Notes: generated by a model from the sequence alone, not told the origin. A stretch of 63,041 nucleotides of DNA, filler included, from Octopus bimaculoides (GCF_001194135.2; 3 parts of 3 records of this genome joined end to end with filler, not necessarily neighbours in it); one strand, 5' to 3'. Positions 38,735 through 53,059 are shown, counted from the whole stretch's first letter. Program-made: numbers and translations.

Positions 38735-39430
38735 AATTGGATGTCTCCGATGGTTTTTCGGAGAGGCCAGAAATTGGCAGGTGTAGAAAAAAACCAGCAT
38801 CTTCATCGCTGATAAATGTTCTACAGGAATTGTTTGGAAGATTTGGCATCCCAGACAAGATAGTGTCTCATACTGGAACACAATTAGCGTCTAGCGAATT
38901 TTAAAATTCACGGTAGAACAGAAAACTATTGCGCGATACCCCCTCAGATGTAATAGAGAAGCAGAACACTTAGTCACTAGATTCAAAAGAGCCCTTAGAA
39001 AATCGAATTAGGAAGTCACGGTTGAAGTAGAACTACAACAATTTTTAAGGGTGTACTGTGTGACACCAAATCCGAATACACCAGCAGGTATCTCACCTGT
39101 GGAGCTGGTTGCAAGGAAAGGGAAACCAGTCTTTGATAAATTGGTACCTGACAAGAAAAGAAAAAAGTACCAGGCAAGACATAGCAAGATTATTTAATGT
39201 TGCTCAACAGGTATGTATGAGGCATACAACAATGGAAAGCAGAGTTAGTAAATGGCGTATTTACCGAATGCATAGGAAAGATAATGTATTGGGTAGAAAG
39301 TAAAAAAAGAAGGCATACAAAAGAGACACAGGAACCAACTGTAAGAGAGATTCGTGGAAAGCGAAGCAAAGAAGTTAGAGGAAATGATGGAATGGTTATA
39401 CAGTACATTCCAAGTACCAACCAAATCACA
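38735..39430 (+). mobile_element. Decayed Gypsy-type LTR retrotransposon integrase
   Basis: DGFSERPE; LQELFGRFGIPDKIVSHTGTQ; CNREAEHLVTRFKRAL; LQQFLRVYCVTPNP...SPVEL; KRHRNQL. Multiple stops and frameshifts. Confidence 0.85.
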
Positions 39431-40374
39431 ATAGTTTGCAGTGTTCCTGAAAATAGTTGCCAAGAGAAAAGATATTAAATTCAACAAAAAAATCTCAGTA
39501 AAGGAGGTGGGGTGAATAAAGAAAATTATTGCTAAATAAAATGACACTTCCTAGGAAAAGTTTTAAAAGAGGGTGATTTTGTAGGGAATTAGTAATAATG
39601 GTATACCCCTCCTATGTGATTAATGATATAACCTAATCAATTAGGCAAAGAGAGTACGCAGTAGGCGGTCGGAGATAGTCGTGTATTTACTGGTTTTACT
39701 AAGTATCCTATATACCGCAGTGGGTGTTATACTAATCTAACGTTTTAAGGATTATGACAGGTACCAGACATTGTTATAAAAGAGATATTAACAAGTTACA
39801 AAAACCAAAAAAAGAAAAGAAATGAACAGAAATGTAGCGGACTGAACCTATTTGAATTGATGATGCACCCAGTACCGCGTGTCTGCCACATGTATATTGG
39901 TTTAGGATCGTATAACAGTTGCATGTGCAGCATCATGAAGAGGCTATGAAACATAATGTCACCATTTTTCATAAAAAAAAATATAGATGTTGCGAATTAG
40001 TGAGCACCAACCATTTTGCAGTATTGCAAAATTAGGGAATGGCAGCTGAATTTGTTGCAACAATTCCAAAAACAAATCAATGCACACCTGCATACAATAT
40101 CCCTACAAACAACAAAATCAGATTCGACAACTGGCAGCTAAATTCCACAATATCAAAGCAAAAGGCTAATGAAAATCAATAAAAGATTTAAGATCTCCAA
40201 CCAGAGACTAATTAATTGTTCTATACAATTGCACATGATTCAGGAAACTACTAGGAAAGGCAATGGTCATATTTTGCTCTCTTACTCATGCAGCCAAATT
40301 CAAGCTGGATTTATATTTAAGAAGCGTGAATATGAGCAGAACATGTATTGTTACATTTGGGACCAGAGCGTGAC

Positions 40375-40464
40375 AATTTTCGCAAGTGTCTTCTACTATA
40401 GCCTCGGGACAACCCAAGTGGTATAAGTGGATGTGGTAGACGAAAACTGAAAGAAACCCGTATA

Positions 40465-40465
<1 letters not shown>
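40375..40465 (+). mobile_element. S3 SINE, 5' half running into microsatellite and gap
   Basis: GCAAGTGTCTTCTACTATAGCCTCGGG...GTGGTAGACGAAAACTGAAAGAAACCCG. Confidence 0.8.
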
Positions 40466-40509
<44 letters not shown>

Positions 40510-40783
40510 NNNNNNNNNNNNNNNNNNNNNNNNNNNNNNNNNNNNNNNNNNNNNNNNNNNNNNNNNNNNNNNNNNNNNNNNNNNNNNNNNNNNNNNNNNN
40601 NNNNNNNNNNNNNNNNNNNNNNNNNNNNNNNNNNNNNNNNNNNNNNNNNNNNNNNNNNNNNNNNNNNNNNNNNNNNNNNNNNNNNNNNNNNNNNNNNNNN
40701 NNNNNNNNNNNNNNNNNNNNNNNNNNNNNNNNNNNNNNNNNNNNNNNNNNNNNNNNNNNNNNNNNNNNNNNNNNNNNNNNNNN

Positions 40784-41345
40784 GGCTCGAAACATAAACG
40801 ACATTTTCCCGCAGCGTGAAACTAATACACTTGCCTGTTGTCCATGCACATGTCCCCCTTTGTTTTTCTATCAATTTCAAATGCAAAATCCTTAACTTCA
40901 ACAGGCAACACAAATCTTTGAAAATACTCTTAACTAATGCCATACTACACACACCACTTCCACCACCATAAGTTAAAAAATGTGCACGCCCTAACTGTGG
41001 TACCTGCCCCTACCTACTTGAAGGATCTGAATGTATCTTCAAAGAAAGAACAAGGTTTAAAATCAAGACCAACTTCTCTCTTCCTTCGGGAACCTCATTT
41101 ACGTCCTCACATGCGTAGAAGACGACCCCCCCACCTTTGCGCAGAAGAGTAGCAGTGCACAAAGAGCAAATAAAACTTCCACAACACCATCAATTTCCAC
41201 TCAGTGGCCATACCGATTCTTCCGCTAGAAATAAAAAATCCCAAAGTCCTTATATTCCCATTCTATCAATGTAAAGACAGATTCTCTACACAAGAAATAA
41301 TCAACACAGAGAATCGTTTTATAGATAAATTCCAGACGCTGACCA
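40784..41345 (+). mobile_element. Second Neptune-like Penelope fragment (linker plus GIY-YIG), decayed
   Basis: NRQHKSLKILLTNA; KKCARPNCGTCPYLLEG; GNLIYVLTC; LRRRVAVHKEQI; IFPFYQC; ENRFIDKF. Homologous to 24080-24570. Confidence 0.85.
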
Positions 41346-41595
41346 TATTCGGTGACCGTATTCCATTCTCTCGCCTACCGAATGAAATACATATAAATTT
41401 AATCCTTGTTTCTCTAAGAACAGAAACAAACTTCCTGTTGATAAATAGTCCAGAACTCCAACTAAATAGTATAAAACCCACAGAATTGTCTCTGCTTATC
41501 CACACTTCCTGTTTGACACATATACATTCAACCTTTTTAAACACAATACTAATCTTAAATACATGCATCCTAATCTTTCTAACAATTATATACAT

Positions 41596-41671
41596 GGATT
41601 ACCATTGACCTTTAAACGCTCAAAGACAATATAGGATTACCATTGACCTTTAAACGCTCAAAGACAATATA
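41596..41671. repeat. Exact 38-bp tandem duplication
   Basis: GGATTACCATTGACCTTTAAACGCTCAAAGACAATATA at 41596-41633 and 41634-41671. Confidence 0.95.
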
Positions 41672-41879
41672 ATGTATTGGTATATTTATTTCTTATATAT
41701 ATATATTTTTTTATATTTTTGTAAAAACATTATTTTCATTTTCCCTCTTGAAAATGTTCCATGCAACGAAAGCCGGTTAGAAATCCTTTTTAAGGCTCCT
41801 TATACACATCTATATTAAAATATGCATTCAGTTTAGCATTCTGCCATTTTATTATTAATATATCGTATTTTTTTCTTTT

Positions 41880-41888
41880 CCTCTCTCA

Positions 41889-41970
<82 letters not shown>

Positions 41971-42086
41971 GTGTGTCTTTCTATTTTATGTGTTTTGTCA
42001 CACCACCGCTCGACAAGCGGTGCTAGCGTGTGTTTGTATCCCATAACATAGGGATTCGGTAATAGAGACCAACAGAATAAGACCCA
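41880..42086 (+). mobile_element. (CT)n(AT)n tract followed by an S3 SINE 3' fragment entering a gap
   Basis: CACCACCGCTCGACAAGCGGTGCTAG...GAGACCAACAGAATAAG resembles the S3 3' half. Confidence 0.65.
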
Positions 42087-42457
42087 NNNNNNNNNNNNNN
42101 NNNNNNNNNNNNNNNNNNNNNNNNNNNNNNNNNNNNNNNNNNNNNNNNNNNNNNNNNNNNNNNNNNNNNNNNNNNNNNNNNNNNNNNNNNNNNNNNNNNN
42201 NNNNNNNNNNNNNNNNNNNNNNNNNNNNNNNNNNNNNNNNNNNNNNNNNNNNNNNNNNNNNNNNNNNNNNNNNNNNNNNNNNNNNNNNNNNNNNNNNNNN
42301 NNNNNNNNNNNNNNNNNNNNNNNNNNNNNNNNNNNNNNNNNNNNNNNNNNNNNNNNNNNNNNNNNNNNNNNNNNNNNNNNNNNNNNNNNNNNNNNNNNNN
42401 NNNNNNNNNNNNNNNNNNNNNNNNNNNNNNNNNNNNNNNTGTGTGTGTGTGTGTGTG

Positions 42458-42497
<40 letters not shown>

Positions 42498-43784
42498 TGT
42501 TTGTCTGTGTGTATCAGAAACTGGAACACAGCGGCAATTTCTAAAGCATTTCTGCCAATTTACTTATAAATACACCAACATATTTTTATAAAATATCTTC
42601 AGACATATTTAGAATGCTGGATAGTGGAAGTGATAAACACTGTAGACAGATAAAGGACGGTATAACCACGTCTATACATAATCCAGGATGCAATGGAATT
42701 CAATGTTGCGATGACAATGATTAGGAATAATATAACTATTTAAGTAAAAGGTCAAGATGGTAACGTTGAAAATAATAATTACTGTTGATACCAGTATAAA
42801 AATGGGCAGTGACATACTCACACAAGTACACACAGACACAAACTCACTCACACACGCATATATATATATACATACACACATATACAGAGAAATAATGTAA
42901 ATATGAGTGTGTGATAAAACATGTGCAAATGAGTGAGTGTGTTTCTTTGTTTTCTCCTTATTTTCTGAGCTGAGACTCTCCGATCAACATCTGTCTTTTA
43001 TTAAGTTATGACGTCATCATATCCTTATGGCGTATATCCAGTTGGATATGCCTGACTTTATATTGACATTCATATATATTGCATTTAATGTTGAAATTTA
43101 CTATTGAATTGTTCAAATCGTTTATTCTGAAGCATTAATAATCTAGCATTTCATTAATATGTCATCTCATATATTTATCTAAAGAATGGAATATATGGCA
43201 GTATAAGACGAAAATTATATTGGTAATTTTTCCTTAGTTTACTGCATTAATGAAAATCCATTCACATAAATTCTTATAAGCCAAATATGGAATTCTTGAC
43301 AGTGCATTTATATGGCTGAAAACAGAAGAAGTAAGATCATTCTAGTGAGCGTAAAAGTAGCTTTAGAATATTTTATTGTGCCTGTTAATGAATTAAAACT
43401 GAAGTATTTTTAACGATAATTCAAGTGTCATTTTCAAGTACCTCTCATAACAATTACTGTGGAATCAACATCGACATGTCATTCAGCAGTATTTTCTTTC
43501 GAGTATATTTATCCATTGTGTTTCTCTTCTATGTTATGAATCAATACTTGCTTTGTTATCGCAGCTGGTTTCAATATCAATCCTTTTGTCACAATGATTC
43601 TTTTTTTTTCCTGTTCCCTTATCTCAAATATATTTCTCTGCGATGTCATGTGGACGGATTTAAGTTCATTATTTATAGAAGGTTGTTGTCTTCCTTCGTT
43701 CACGCATGACATAATCCGTGCAGCATCTCTTCACAAGAGCCTTCTACTAGCAATACATACTAGCGTCTAATCGTGGAAATATCA

Positions 43785-44002
43785 TCATCGTCGACGTCGT
43801 CATCATCATTGTCATCATCATCATAATCATCATAATTACATAATTAGCTCCACCCCTCCTCTTTCTCCTTCTTGTTGTTCTTCTTCTTCTTCTTCTTATT
43901 CTTCTTCTTCTTCTTCTTCTTCTTCTTATTCTTCTTCTTCTTCTCCTCCTCCTCCTTCTTCTTCTTCTTCTTCTTCTTCTTCTTCTTCTTCTTCTTCTTC
44001 TT
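43785..44002. repeat. (CAT)n and (TTC)n trinucleotide tracts
   Basis: Directly visible; the (TTC)n tract runs into gap 44003-44338. Confidence 0.95.
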
Positions 44003-44338
44003 NNNNNNNNNNNNNNNNNNNNNNNNNNNNNNNNNNNNNNNNNNNNNNNNNNNNNNNNNNNNNNNNNNNNNNNNNNNNNNNNNNNNNNNNNNNNNNNNNN
44101 NNNNNNNNNNNNNNNNNNNNNNNNNNNNNNNNNNNNNNNNNNNNNNNNNNNNNNNNNNNNNNNNNNNNNNNNNNNNNNNNNNNNNNNNNNNNNNNNNNNN
44201 NNNNNNNNNNNNNNNNNNNNNNNNNNNNNNNNNNNNNNNNNNNNNNNNNNNNNNNNNNNNNNNNNNNNNNNNNNNNNNNNNNNNNNNNNNNNNNNNNNNN
44301 NNNNNNNNNNNNNNNNNNNNNNNNNNNNNNNNNNNNNN

Positions 44339-44398
<60 letters not shown>

Positions 44399-44519
44399 TA
44401 TATTTATGCGTTCCAGCCAAGTGGCTACAGTCGTGCTGGAGCACCACCTTGACTTTCTCTCCTTATGTTGTGCTCTCTGCACGTTCCTTGCATGGTTCTT
44501 CTCCGCTAGCTGATGTAGT

Positions 44520-45505
44520 CAAATCAAGACTTTCGATGGCACATCAGGTGTATAAGAGATTTTGACATCACCGCCTTCAACTGTGTCTCATTTTGAGACA
44601 TCAGTCCATCTGGTATCGTGGATAGGAAGGGGTCGAGTTTTGTTTTGAATACTTCTACATCCATGTCTTGCAGGTCTCTGAATTGTTTTGGCAGGGCAAT
44701 AAAGAGCTGAGGTCCTGTGAAACCGGGCTGTTGAAATACCTTGTTATTATGTGAGATGCAGTGCTATGCAGTGGCAACCTGCGCAGGCATTTGTATAGTA
44801 CTTGATGCTAAACTTTATTACCAGACCTTCCAGTATTTTCCATATGTATTTTCCATATCTCTCCTGCCTGCACTCCAGGGAGTAGAGACTTAGCGCCTCC
44901 AGTCGCTCCTGCCTGCTGGGCTATGGTGATTTTTTTTTTGTATGGTCACGCTGAATTGCCTCCAGTTTTGTTGTTAGCTTGACACTGTGTGCTGACCACA
45001 GGTGAGAGCAAAAGCCTAGGTTGCTCAGAACAAATGTCTTCCATAGAGACAACATGGCTTTTTTTTTATCCCTTGTTCTGAATCTCCTCAGTATCCACCC
45101 TGCCAGTTGTCTTTGCTGTCAACTTGAGAATATGCATTGAAGATAATGCATCATTACACATGTTGATGCCCAGGTCTTTCATTCTTTGTGTATCTGGGAT
45201 TGCAGTAATTCCAGGTCCTGTGTATGCCTGTTGAGGGGCAATCATGCCTTTGTTGAATTCTTTTAGCATTGAACCGCATATTATTTTGCCCTGCCCACTT
45301 TTTGCCCTGCCCACTTGTATATTGCATATAGGTTATTATGCATGCTTATGACATTATCAGGATTCATTATTGCCTGAGATAGTTTTGTGCCATCCGCATA
45401 GCTAGTGACAATGGCTGTTCCAGTGACCATGGGCATGTCTAGAATGGTTATTATTAGCAGTAGTGGCCCCAGGAAAGTTCTTTGTGGAACACCGCTCAAT
45501 ATTTG
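44520..45505 (-). mobile_element. CR1-group LINE 3' fragment, same family as 26170-27900
   Basis: SGVPQRTFLGPLL; VTSYADGTKLSQAI; YTGPGITAIPDTQRMKDLGINM; FTGPQLF; FKTKLDPFLSTIPD. Confidence 0.9.
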
Positions 45506-45545
45506 CGTTTCCCTAGTTAATTCTCAATTGGCTGCAACCACATTC

Positions 45546-45580
<35 letters not shown>

Positions 45581-46790
45581 NNNNNNNNNNNNNNNNNNNN
45601 NNNNNNNNNNNNNNNNNNNNNNNNNNNNNNNNNNNNNNNNNNNNNNNNNNNNNNNNNNNNNNNNNNNNNNNNNNNNNNNNNNNNNNNNNNNNNNNNNNNN
45701 NNNNNNNNNNNNNNNNNNNNNNNNNNNNNNNNNNNNNNNNNNNNNNNNNNNNNNNNNNNNNNNNNNNNNNNNNNNNNNNNNNNNNNNNNNNNNNNNNNNN
45801 NNNNNNNNNNNNNNNNNNNNNNNNNNNNNNNNNNNNNNNNNNNNNNNNNNNNNNNNNNNNNNNNNNNNNNNNNNNNNNNNNNNNNNNNNNNNNNNNNNNN
45901 NNNNNNNNNNNNNNNNNNNNNNNNNNNNNNNNNNNNNNNNNNNNNNNNNNNNNNNNNNNNNNNNNNNNNNNNNNNNNNNNNNNNNNNNNNNNNNNNNNNN
46001 NNNNNNNNNNNNNNNNNNNNNNNNNNNNNNNNNNNNNNNNNNNNNNNNNNNNNNNNNNNNNNNNNNNNNNNNNNNNNNNNNNNNNNNNNNNNNNNNNNNN
46101 NNNNNNNNNNNNNNNNNNNNNNNNNNNNNNNNNNNNNNNNNNNNNNNNNNNNNNNNNNNNNNNNNNNNNNNNNNNNNNNNNNNNNNNNNNNNNNNNNNNN
46201 NNNNNNNNNNNNNNNNNNNNNNNNNNNNNNNNNNNNNNNNNNNNNNNNNNNNNNNNNNNNNNNTATAGGATTACTAGCATATGCGTATCGTCAAAAATGT
46301 CGAGTGATATATTAATGAGAGAGTTGATGAGAGAATGTAAGATTGAAATCAATGGAACTATGAAAACAATGACAGAGACCATTTTCAAAAATCGGCAATC
46401 GATAAATATATGTATGTTCATAGAACTAAGATACTTGAAGAATCAGAAATATGTTTAACGTCTCGGTTCGAAAATATCGGTCGCATAGTATGTATGTATG
46501 AATGTATGTATGAATGTATGTATGTATGTATGTATGTATATATGCATACACGTATGTCTCTAAGTATGCATGTATGAGTGTGTAGATAGAGCCATACATA
46601 AGGATGCATATACATAAACATTTGTGTTTATGTATGTGCATATGCTTGTGTGAGTGTTTCAGTATGCAAATATGCGTCTGTGTGTGCATGTTTGCTTAGA
46701 TTTATTTGAGCGATGAAATCTGTAAAATATGTTATTTTTACTCGGAAAAGGAAGCAAAATTTAGAAGACAAAAAGTTCTATACTTAGCTT

Positions 46791-46831
<41 letters not shown>

Positions 46832-47340
46832 GTGTGTGTGTGTGCGTGTGCGTATGTGATTCTAATTTTATTAGAATACCAGTGAATTTACAGCAAAGTA
46901 TTTTAGTAGCGTTCGCCTGCATTTAGCTTTTTATCTGGATGTCGCTCACAATTCGTTTGTTGTTTTACTTTTATTCTACCAATGTAACAGACGAGGGATA
47001 TACTACGTTTTATTATATTCCACTTGAAGTACATCCACCTATTCTCGTATTCCAAAGTGGTATGAAGATACTATACTTAAGTGAAGTATGCCTAAACGTT
47101 GAAAATCTACAGCGTATTTGTAGCAGAATAATTACATATCAAAATAGATGAGTGCAAAATAAGCTTAATACGATTAATTCCCCATTACACATCTTTCATT
47201 TGTTTATAGGTGTTGTAAAACTTTACAGGTATCTCTGACATGTACGATTTTTTAACTTCTATCTGCAAATGAAGCTTGTGTAATAGAGAGCAAGTATAAC
47301 AGAGATTGTTCACAATTTCCTACTTTGGCATATATATGTG

Positions 47341-47379
<39 letters not shown>

Positions 47380-47645
47380 NNNNNNNNNNNNNNNNNNNNN
47401 NNNNNNNNNNNNNNNNNNNNNNNNNNNNNNNNNNNNNNNNNNNNNNNNNNNNNNNNNNNNNNNNNNNNNNNNNNNNNNNNNNNNNNNNNNNNNNNNNNNN
47501 NNNNNNNNNNNNNNNNNNNNNNNNNNNNNNNNNNNNNNNNNNNNNNNNNNNNNNNNNNNNNNNNNNNNNNNNNNNNNNNNNNNNNNNNNNNNNNNNNNNN
47601 NNNNNNNNNNNNNNNNNNNNNNNNNNNNNNNNNNNNNNNNNNNNN

Positions 47646-47679
<34 letters not shown>

Positions 47680-47724
47680 TGTATGTATGTATGTATAAAT
47701 ATATATATGTATATAAAGAACGAT

Positions 47725-47930
47725 AGAATAATTACTTACAAAGAATAAGTCCTGTGGTCAATTTGTTCGACTAAAGGCGGTGTTCTAGCTTGCCCGCCGT
47801 CAAACGACTGAAAAAAAGTAAAAGACAAAGAAAATAAGTTGAGTAATAGGTTTGAATGCAATCGATTATCTCCCTACCACCCCACAAAATACATTTCTTG
47901 TGCCTATGGTTGAAAGGATTATTATTTAAA
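47725..47930 (+). mobile_element. S3 3' end immediately followed by an S2 3' end
   Basis: CAAAGAATAAGTCCTGTGGTCAATTTGTTCGACTAAAGGCGG (S3); ATCGATTATCTCCC...CTTGTGCCTATGGTTGAAAGGATTATT (S2). Confidence 0.7.
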
Positions 47931-50429
47931 CGGAAATGATCATGCCTTATTTCAAAATAACGTTTTATCATTTGTTTTTTAGAATTTACTGTAGCGCTAA
48001 GTGTGGAAACTTCGTAATTCTAACTGTGAAATCAGCATGAAATCAGCTAAAATGAGTTTTACGTTTTGCAAATATATCTTGTCTAATAAAAATCGCATTA
48101 AATAAGTAATGTTCAGGCAATCAAAATCACCACTATCATTAATCCCCTACGCTTCCTCTTCATCATCATCTTGAAGAACAACACCAAAAGCTACCTTATA
48201 TCGTTTTTTTTATTTCTTTCCTTTCTTTCTTTTACAATTTCATATTTCTAATTTTATTGCTGATTCTCCTGCTGTTACTGTCTTATTTCTATGTTTCATG
48301 TTCGTTAGTGAACATTAAAAGAAATTGTTAATCCTGAAAAATTGAAAAGAAGTTACCTTGATTATCTAAAACTCACACCGTTATTTCAAGCCCCCAGCTA
48401 TTATGCTTTGTAATTTGGATCAACAGCTGAAATTTTTGAATTAGAAACGCCTTGTTTTATTTGATGAATCTAAATAAACAGTATTATTCTCTGAGGTACG
48501 AAAATGACTACGTATACCTGAATATATGCAGATTCGAATTAATACTATTTTTCGGAGCTGCCATTGATATAAAATGCTGTAATGGATGTAACAAAACTGG
48601 GTTTTGCTTATATATTATATTTATTATTGAAGACGTACCATGATTATTTGTTATTAATATGTACGAGACGAAGTATAAATGCTGAAAATTATCAATCCTG
48701 CAGTGGACAAATATTATAACATGTTGCTAAGATGCAGAACATTATTGCAAATTTATGTTCCAAATACGAGTCGGTGAGACGTATGTTGACAAAACTATTT
48801 CGCATGTGATTATATCTGAATAGAGAAAAATGTTTGTTCTCTTTACCGTCACAATCTGTAGCAGCGCACAAGATATCCTTAGATTTTGATCAGTAACCTA
48901 CAAAAACAGTCCTCTCAAACTAGATATCATAATCTCTTCATCGCCCATAGATATATTTGAACAACAACGTTAATTTTATTGGTGAAGAAATGCTACAGAT
49001 TTTTAATGGTCTATTTATATTTTTGTTTTATTATAATTATCTCTTTTCAAGCTTTTTGTCAATTTTATTTTGGTAAATGGTTTCTCAACGAAGCTGTCAT
49101 TGTCATAGAATTACATCAAATATTATTAATCTGTGATATATTGAAAATGTCGTGCAGAACATTGTAAACTGGAAACAAAGCAAGTATTTTCTCCCGATGC
49201 GTCTACGTATCCTAATATAATATATAGTATTCTCGGCATTTCATGACGTGACTCACTGAAAAACAACAGCAATTTTGGCAACATAGAATTAGATTGAATC
49301 AGTATCCTAATTTATAGTCGTATAAAAACGTCTCTATGAAGCTTGACCCATTCTGAGATAATACTTAATACCATAAGGTAATAGCTAATGACGTACGATT
49401 GAAATGTCAACTCTTGCTTCTTAATAATGTCAAAGGAAAAATAAAGAAATTCACATGCATGCCAAAAGATAATTGCATTTCTTAAAATCTTTTAGCTTTG
49501 AAATGCAACATATTGACAGCTTTGATATGAATTGAGACTTGAAACATGATTCAGCAGCTGTCTAAATAACATATGCTTACATTCATTTGTAAACTTTTTC
49601 TTCGTCTCTCATACAAGATTGCTATAATCACATAGATTTCTTAACATGTCATAAGCACGAACATTTTTTTAAACAGCAGATAGCAGTATACAAAAAAAAA
49701 ACGGAGATGACACACACAGAAAGGAAAACGTATGAAAAGGTTCAGGTGTACTGTATTATTATTTAAATCATAAATACATTTCTGGAGCTGTTTGTACACA
49801 ATGGTGAGACGCGTCTGTGAAACTGCTCCTTTAGGGTTGTTCATCCTGCTGTGAAGAACATGCAAACTAATAAATACAGTGCCATCACAAATTAGAATGA
49901 CGCTGTTACATTTATTTACACACATTTATTTACGATGTTACTAACAATGTAACGGTCAAAGTTCAAATGACCTAAGTCCTAAACATGAACGATTTGGCAT
50001 GATTAGGTGTTATGCAACCGGTTCATACTTGTTGACTTAAATTAAAATTCAGAGGCTTCACATTTCCTTCCGTTAGTCGCTACTGCATTCCACAAAAGAG
50101 ATAATTCTGTATCAATATAGTTCACACTTGGCTGCGTAGTAAAAAATACTTTTGGAAACAGTGATTTCGGTTTTACTACCATTGTATGCCATCTTTCTCA
50201 ATTCTCATGAGTATTGCTTAAAAAGATTGCTCGTTTTCCATGTAATGTAGGCTCCTGATACGCATTGTAAATTGTGTTGGATAGAAAGATTAATAACTGT
50301 GCATATATAAAGAAAATAATTATAAGGATTCCAAATGTTCGCAGGTCTAGACATTTTAGTGGGTTGTCGTAGTCTCTTACATCGATACCAGTGTTCAAAA
50401 GAAACATATATTATCGAACTCGAATGGAT

Positions 50430-50520
50430 TAAATCCAAACTGGATCAGCTTTACTTTTCTTTCCTCTGGGGTCAATCAAATAAGTAAAAGTTGAGCAATG
50501 GGGTCGAGATATTAGACTTA
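50430..50520 (+). mobile_element. S2 core fragment
   Basis: CAGCTTTACTTTTCTTTCCTCTGGGGTCAATCAAATAAGTAAAAGTTGAGCAATGGGGTCGA. Confidence 0.6.
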
Positions 50521-51404
50521 CTGTTCGGCCAATATTCATGTCTTTGTGCAGTTAGCACAAGTCAGTAGCAAATGTTTTCTTCTCCTTCAACATAGAATGA
50601 AACAATTTGCACCTTTCCTGATTTTCAACGAAGTTTAGCATCGAGTTGTTCGTTGCTTCTAGGCATTTGGCCAGTCCGATCGAAGAGGTTTTGTTATAAA
50701 TTTCATACCGGATCAAGCCTCTACCTATTTGATCTTTGAGAAGGTAGGTCGACCCATTACTGCCTTTAGATGACGTATCTTATGACAAATCAGCAACTTA
50801 CGAATTTTTCTATGAATTTTTTTTTTTTCACCAATATTCCAGTTCAAAAAATTGAATTTATAAATAACAATTTAATCCTCTAACGAATTATGTCTTTAAC
50901 TCTCATTCTAGAACTGCTCGTAATCTCCTATAACATTCCATCGGGATCTTCTCTTTCAAGACTGAGTGCTGAATGAGAAAACTTTCATTTATGTCTAGTT
51001 ATTTCAGCTTTGTTCCTGCTCATGTCTTTTTATAACTGTTTCAAATTCTAATTCGGCTGAATTTCAGTTTATCAATATCCTTTTCTTGAAAGAGGCCTCG
51101 GCAAACCTATTAAAACCAATGTACATCTGAATGACCACTGAATTGCTTCCAGCTCAGTAATGCTCTTTCCATAGAATTTTATAAAATAGATCGTTTCTTT
51201 CTTTGTCGTGAAATTCATAACCATTCTCTATTATGTTCAGTTCGATTATAAAGAATGGTAAAGCGTCATTATTATTACTATATTATCATTATCGTTATTT
51301 CCCTTTATCACAGGTTTTGTTGGAACTCAAGGAGTCTTAGATGCGTAGCCTCTGGTACTGTGCTATCCATTCTTTTCATTTCTCTAATATTTTCCTCATT
51401 CGTT

Positions 51405-51622
<218 letters not shown>

Positions 51623-51625
51623 AAA

Positions 51626-51810
51626 TGTGGCGAGCTGGTACATTAGCTTCCATGTCGGACTAAATGCTTACCAGCATTTCGTCCGTCTTTACGTTCTCAG
51701 TTCAAATACCGGCGGCATTGACATTGAATTTCACCCATTTGGTATCGATTAAATGAATTCCAGGTGAGCATTGGTGGTCAATATAATCGACTATCCCGCT
51801 TTCTCGAGCG
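51626..51810 (+). mobile_element. S2 SINE, diverged
   Basis: GTGGCGAGCTGG head, CAGTTCAAATACCGGCGG B box, TTTCACCCATTTGGTATCGATTAAATGA core. Confidence 0.75.
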
Positions 51811-52994
51811 TGGTGGTCTCATTAATCAAATCTATTATTATGAGTATTACTATTATTATTGAGTCTTTCTTCTTCCAATTTCGTTTTCATTTCTTTCCAA
51901 GTGTCTTCTCGGCATTTAGGGCAAAGAAGCTCACTATATACACTGATACGCCATGAAAATAAACACACCATATTGTTCGTTTAGAATCAAGTTATATGGA
52001 CATTGAAAAAAAAAGTACAAGTGAATAAGTAAAGGAGAAAAAATACTTGTAAATACACTGCTCTTCACAATACACGNNNNNNNNNNCTTGATCACTCTAA
52101 TTGGTCCTATGCCTATTGGTATTGCTACCGCCTTGAAATGTCACGTGTTCGATTTCAATGTGAAAATCTGTATATTTTCTGAGCTTGTCAAATTATTTTG
52201 CCCAGATATTATGACAACAAGGAATACGCGTGTCGATCAACAAACAGAAGTTATTGTTTTATTATTTGACAACAATATCCGGTTTAATAGCTTTTATCTT
52301 TCTATCCGTATGTAAGGAAAACGCAAATAATTATTACATTTTATTTACATACTCAAGGTGGTCCTTATACCATTTATCAACAGTCTGTACATACAGACAT
52401 TATCCAATGTTGATATTGCCCACCTCTGTCAAGTCTTGATTTATACCCCATTATGCATTTGTCGTTCTCCGTTGTGTTATCAATTCTGCACGTCACATAG
52501 TCTCGACTTAATGCTTGCTCTTGTGATGCACATACTTGCTTCTGTTTCTATGTTCAAGTCACACCCCCAGATCCATAACCTACGGAATTCTGTATAATAC
52601 TTTGCACACATACCTCTTGTAAACTGATTGTCAATTTGTTTCTCTGTTCATGCCAATAATTCCGTGTTTTCTGCATTAAATTTCGTTTTGTGATCACAAT
52701 TACCTGTCTTCATGACGCCGGACTTCTTGACAACCATCAACAATTGTTCCGCGGCATATTTTACATACAAATGTAAATTTATTTACTCTGATTCAACACG
52801 ATCCTGCCAAATTATTGACCACCTCCCACCCTTTCTTCTGGACAACTACAGCCCATCAGTGTCATTCGTGGGATGGAATCCTCCATAAAAGATCAATCGT
52901 TTCCGAGTCTTATTCATAAGCATCATTTCATTCTTTTGATGACATATGATTCCAGATCCATACCCAAATGATGTTATCATCCATGTATTTAGTG

Positions 52995-53015
52995 CAGCTG
53001 CTGCTGCTGCTGTTG

Positions 53016-53059
<44 letters not shown>

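Noticed and set aside
48452-48643. Cys-containing ORF (KCCNGC...CLYIIFIIE) reminiscent of a tetraspanin
   Set aside because: Motif spacing does not fit CCG-type tetraspanins, the donor is weak, and the composition is explained by AT-richness.
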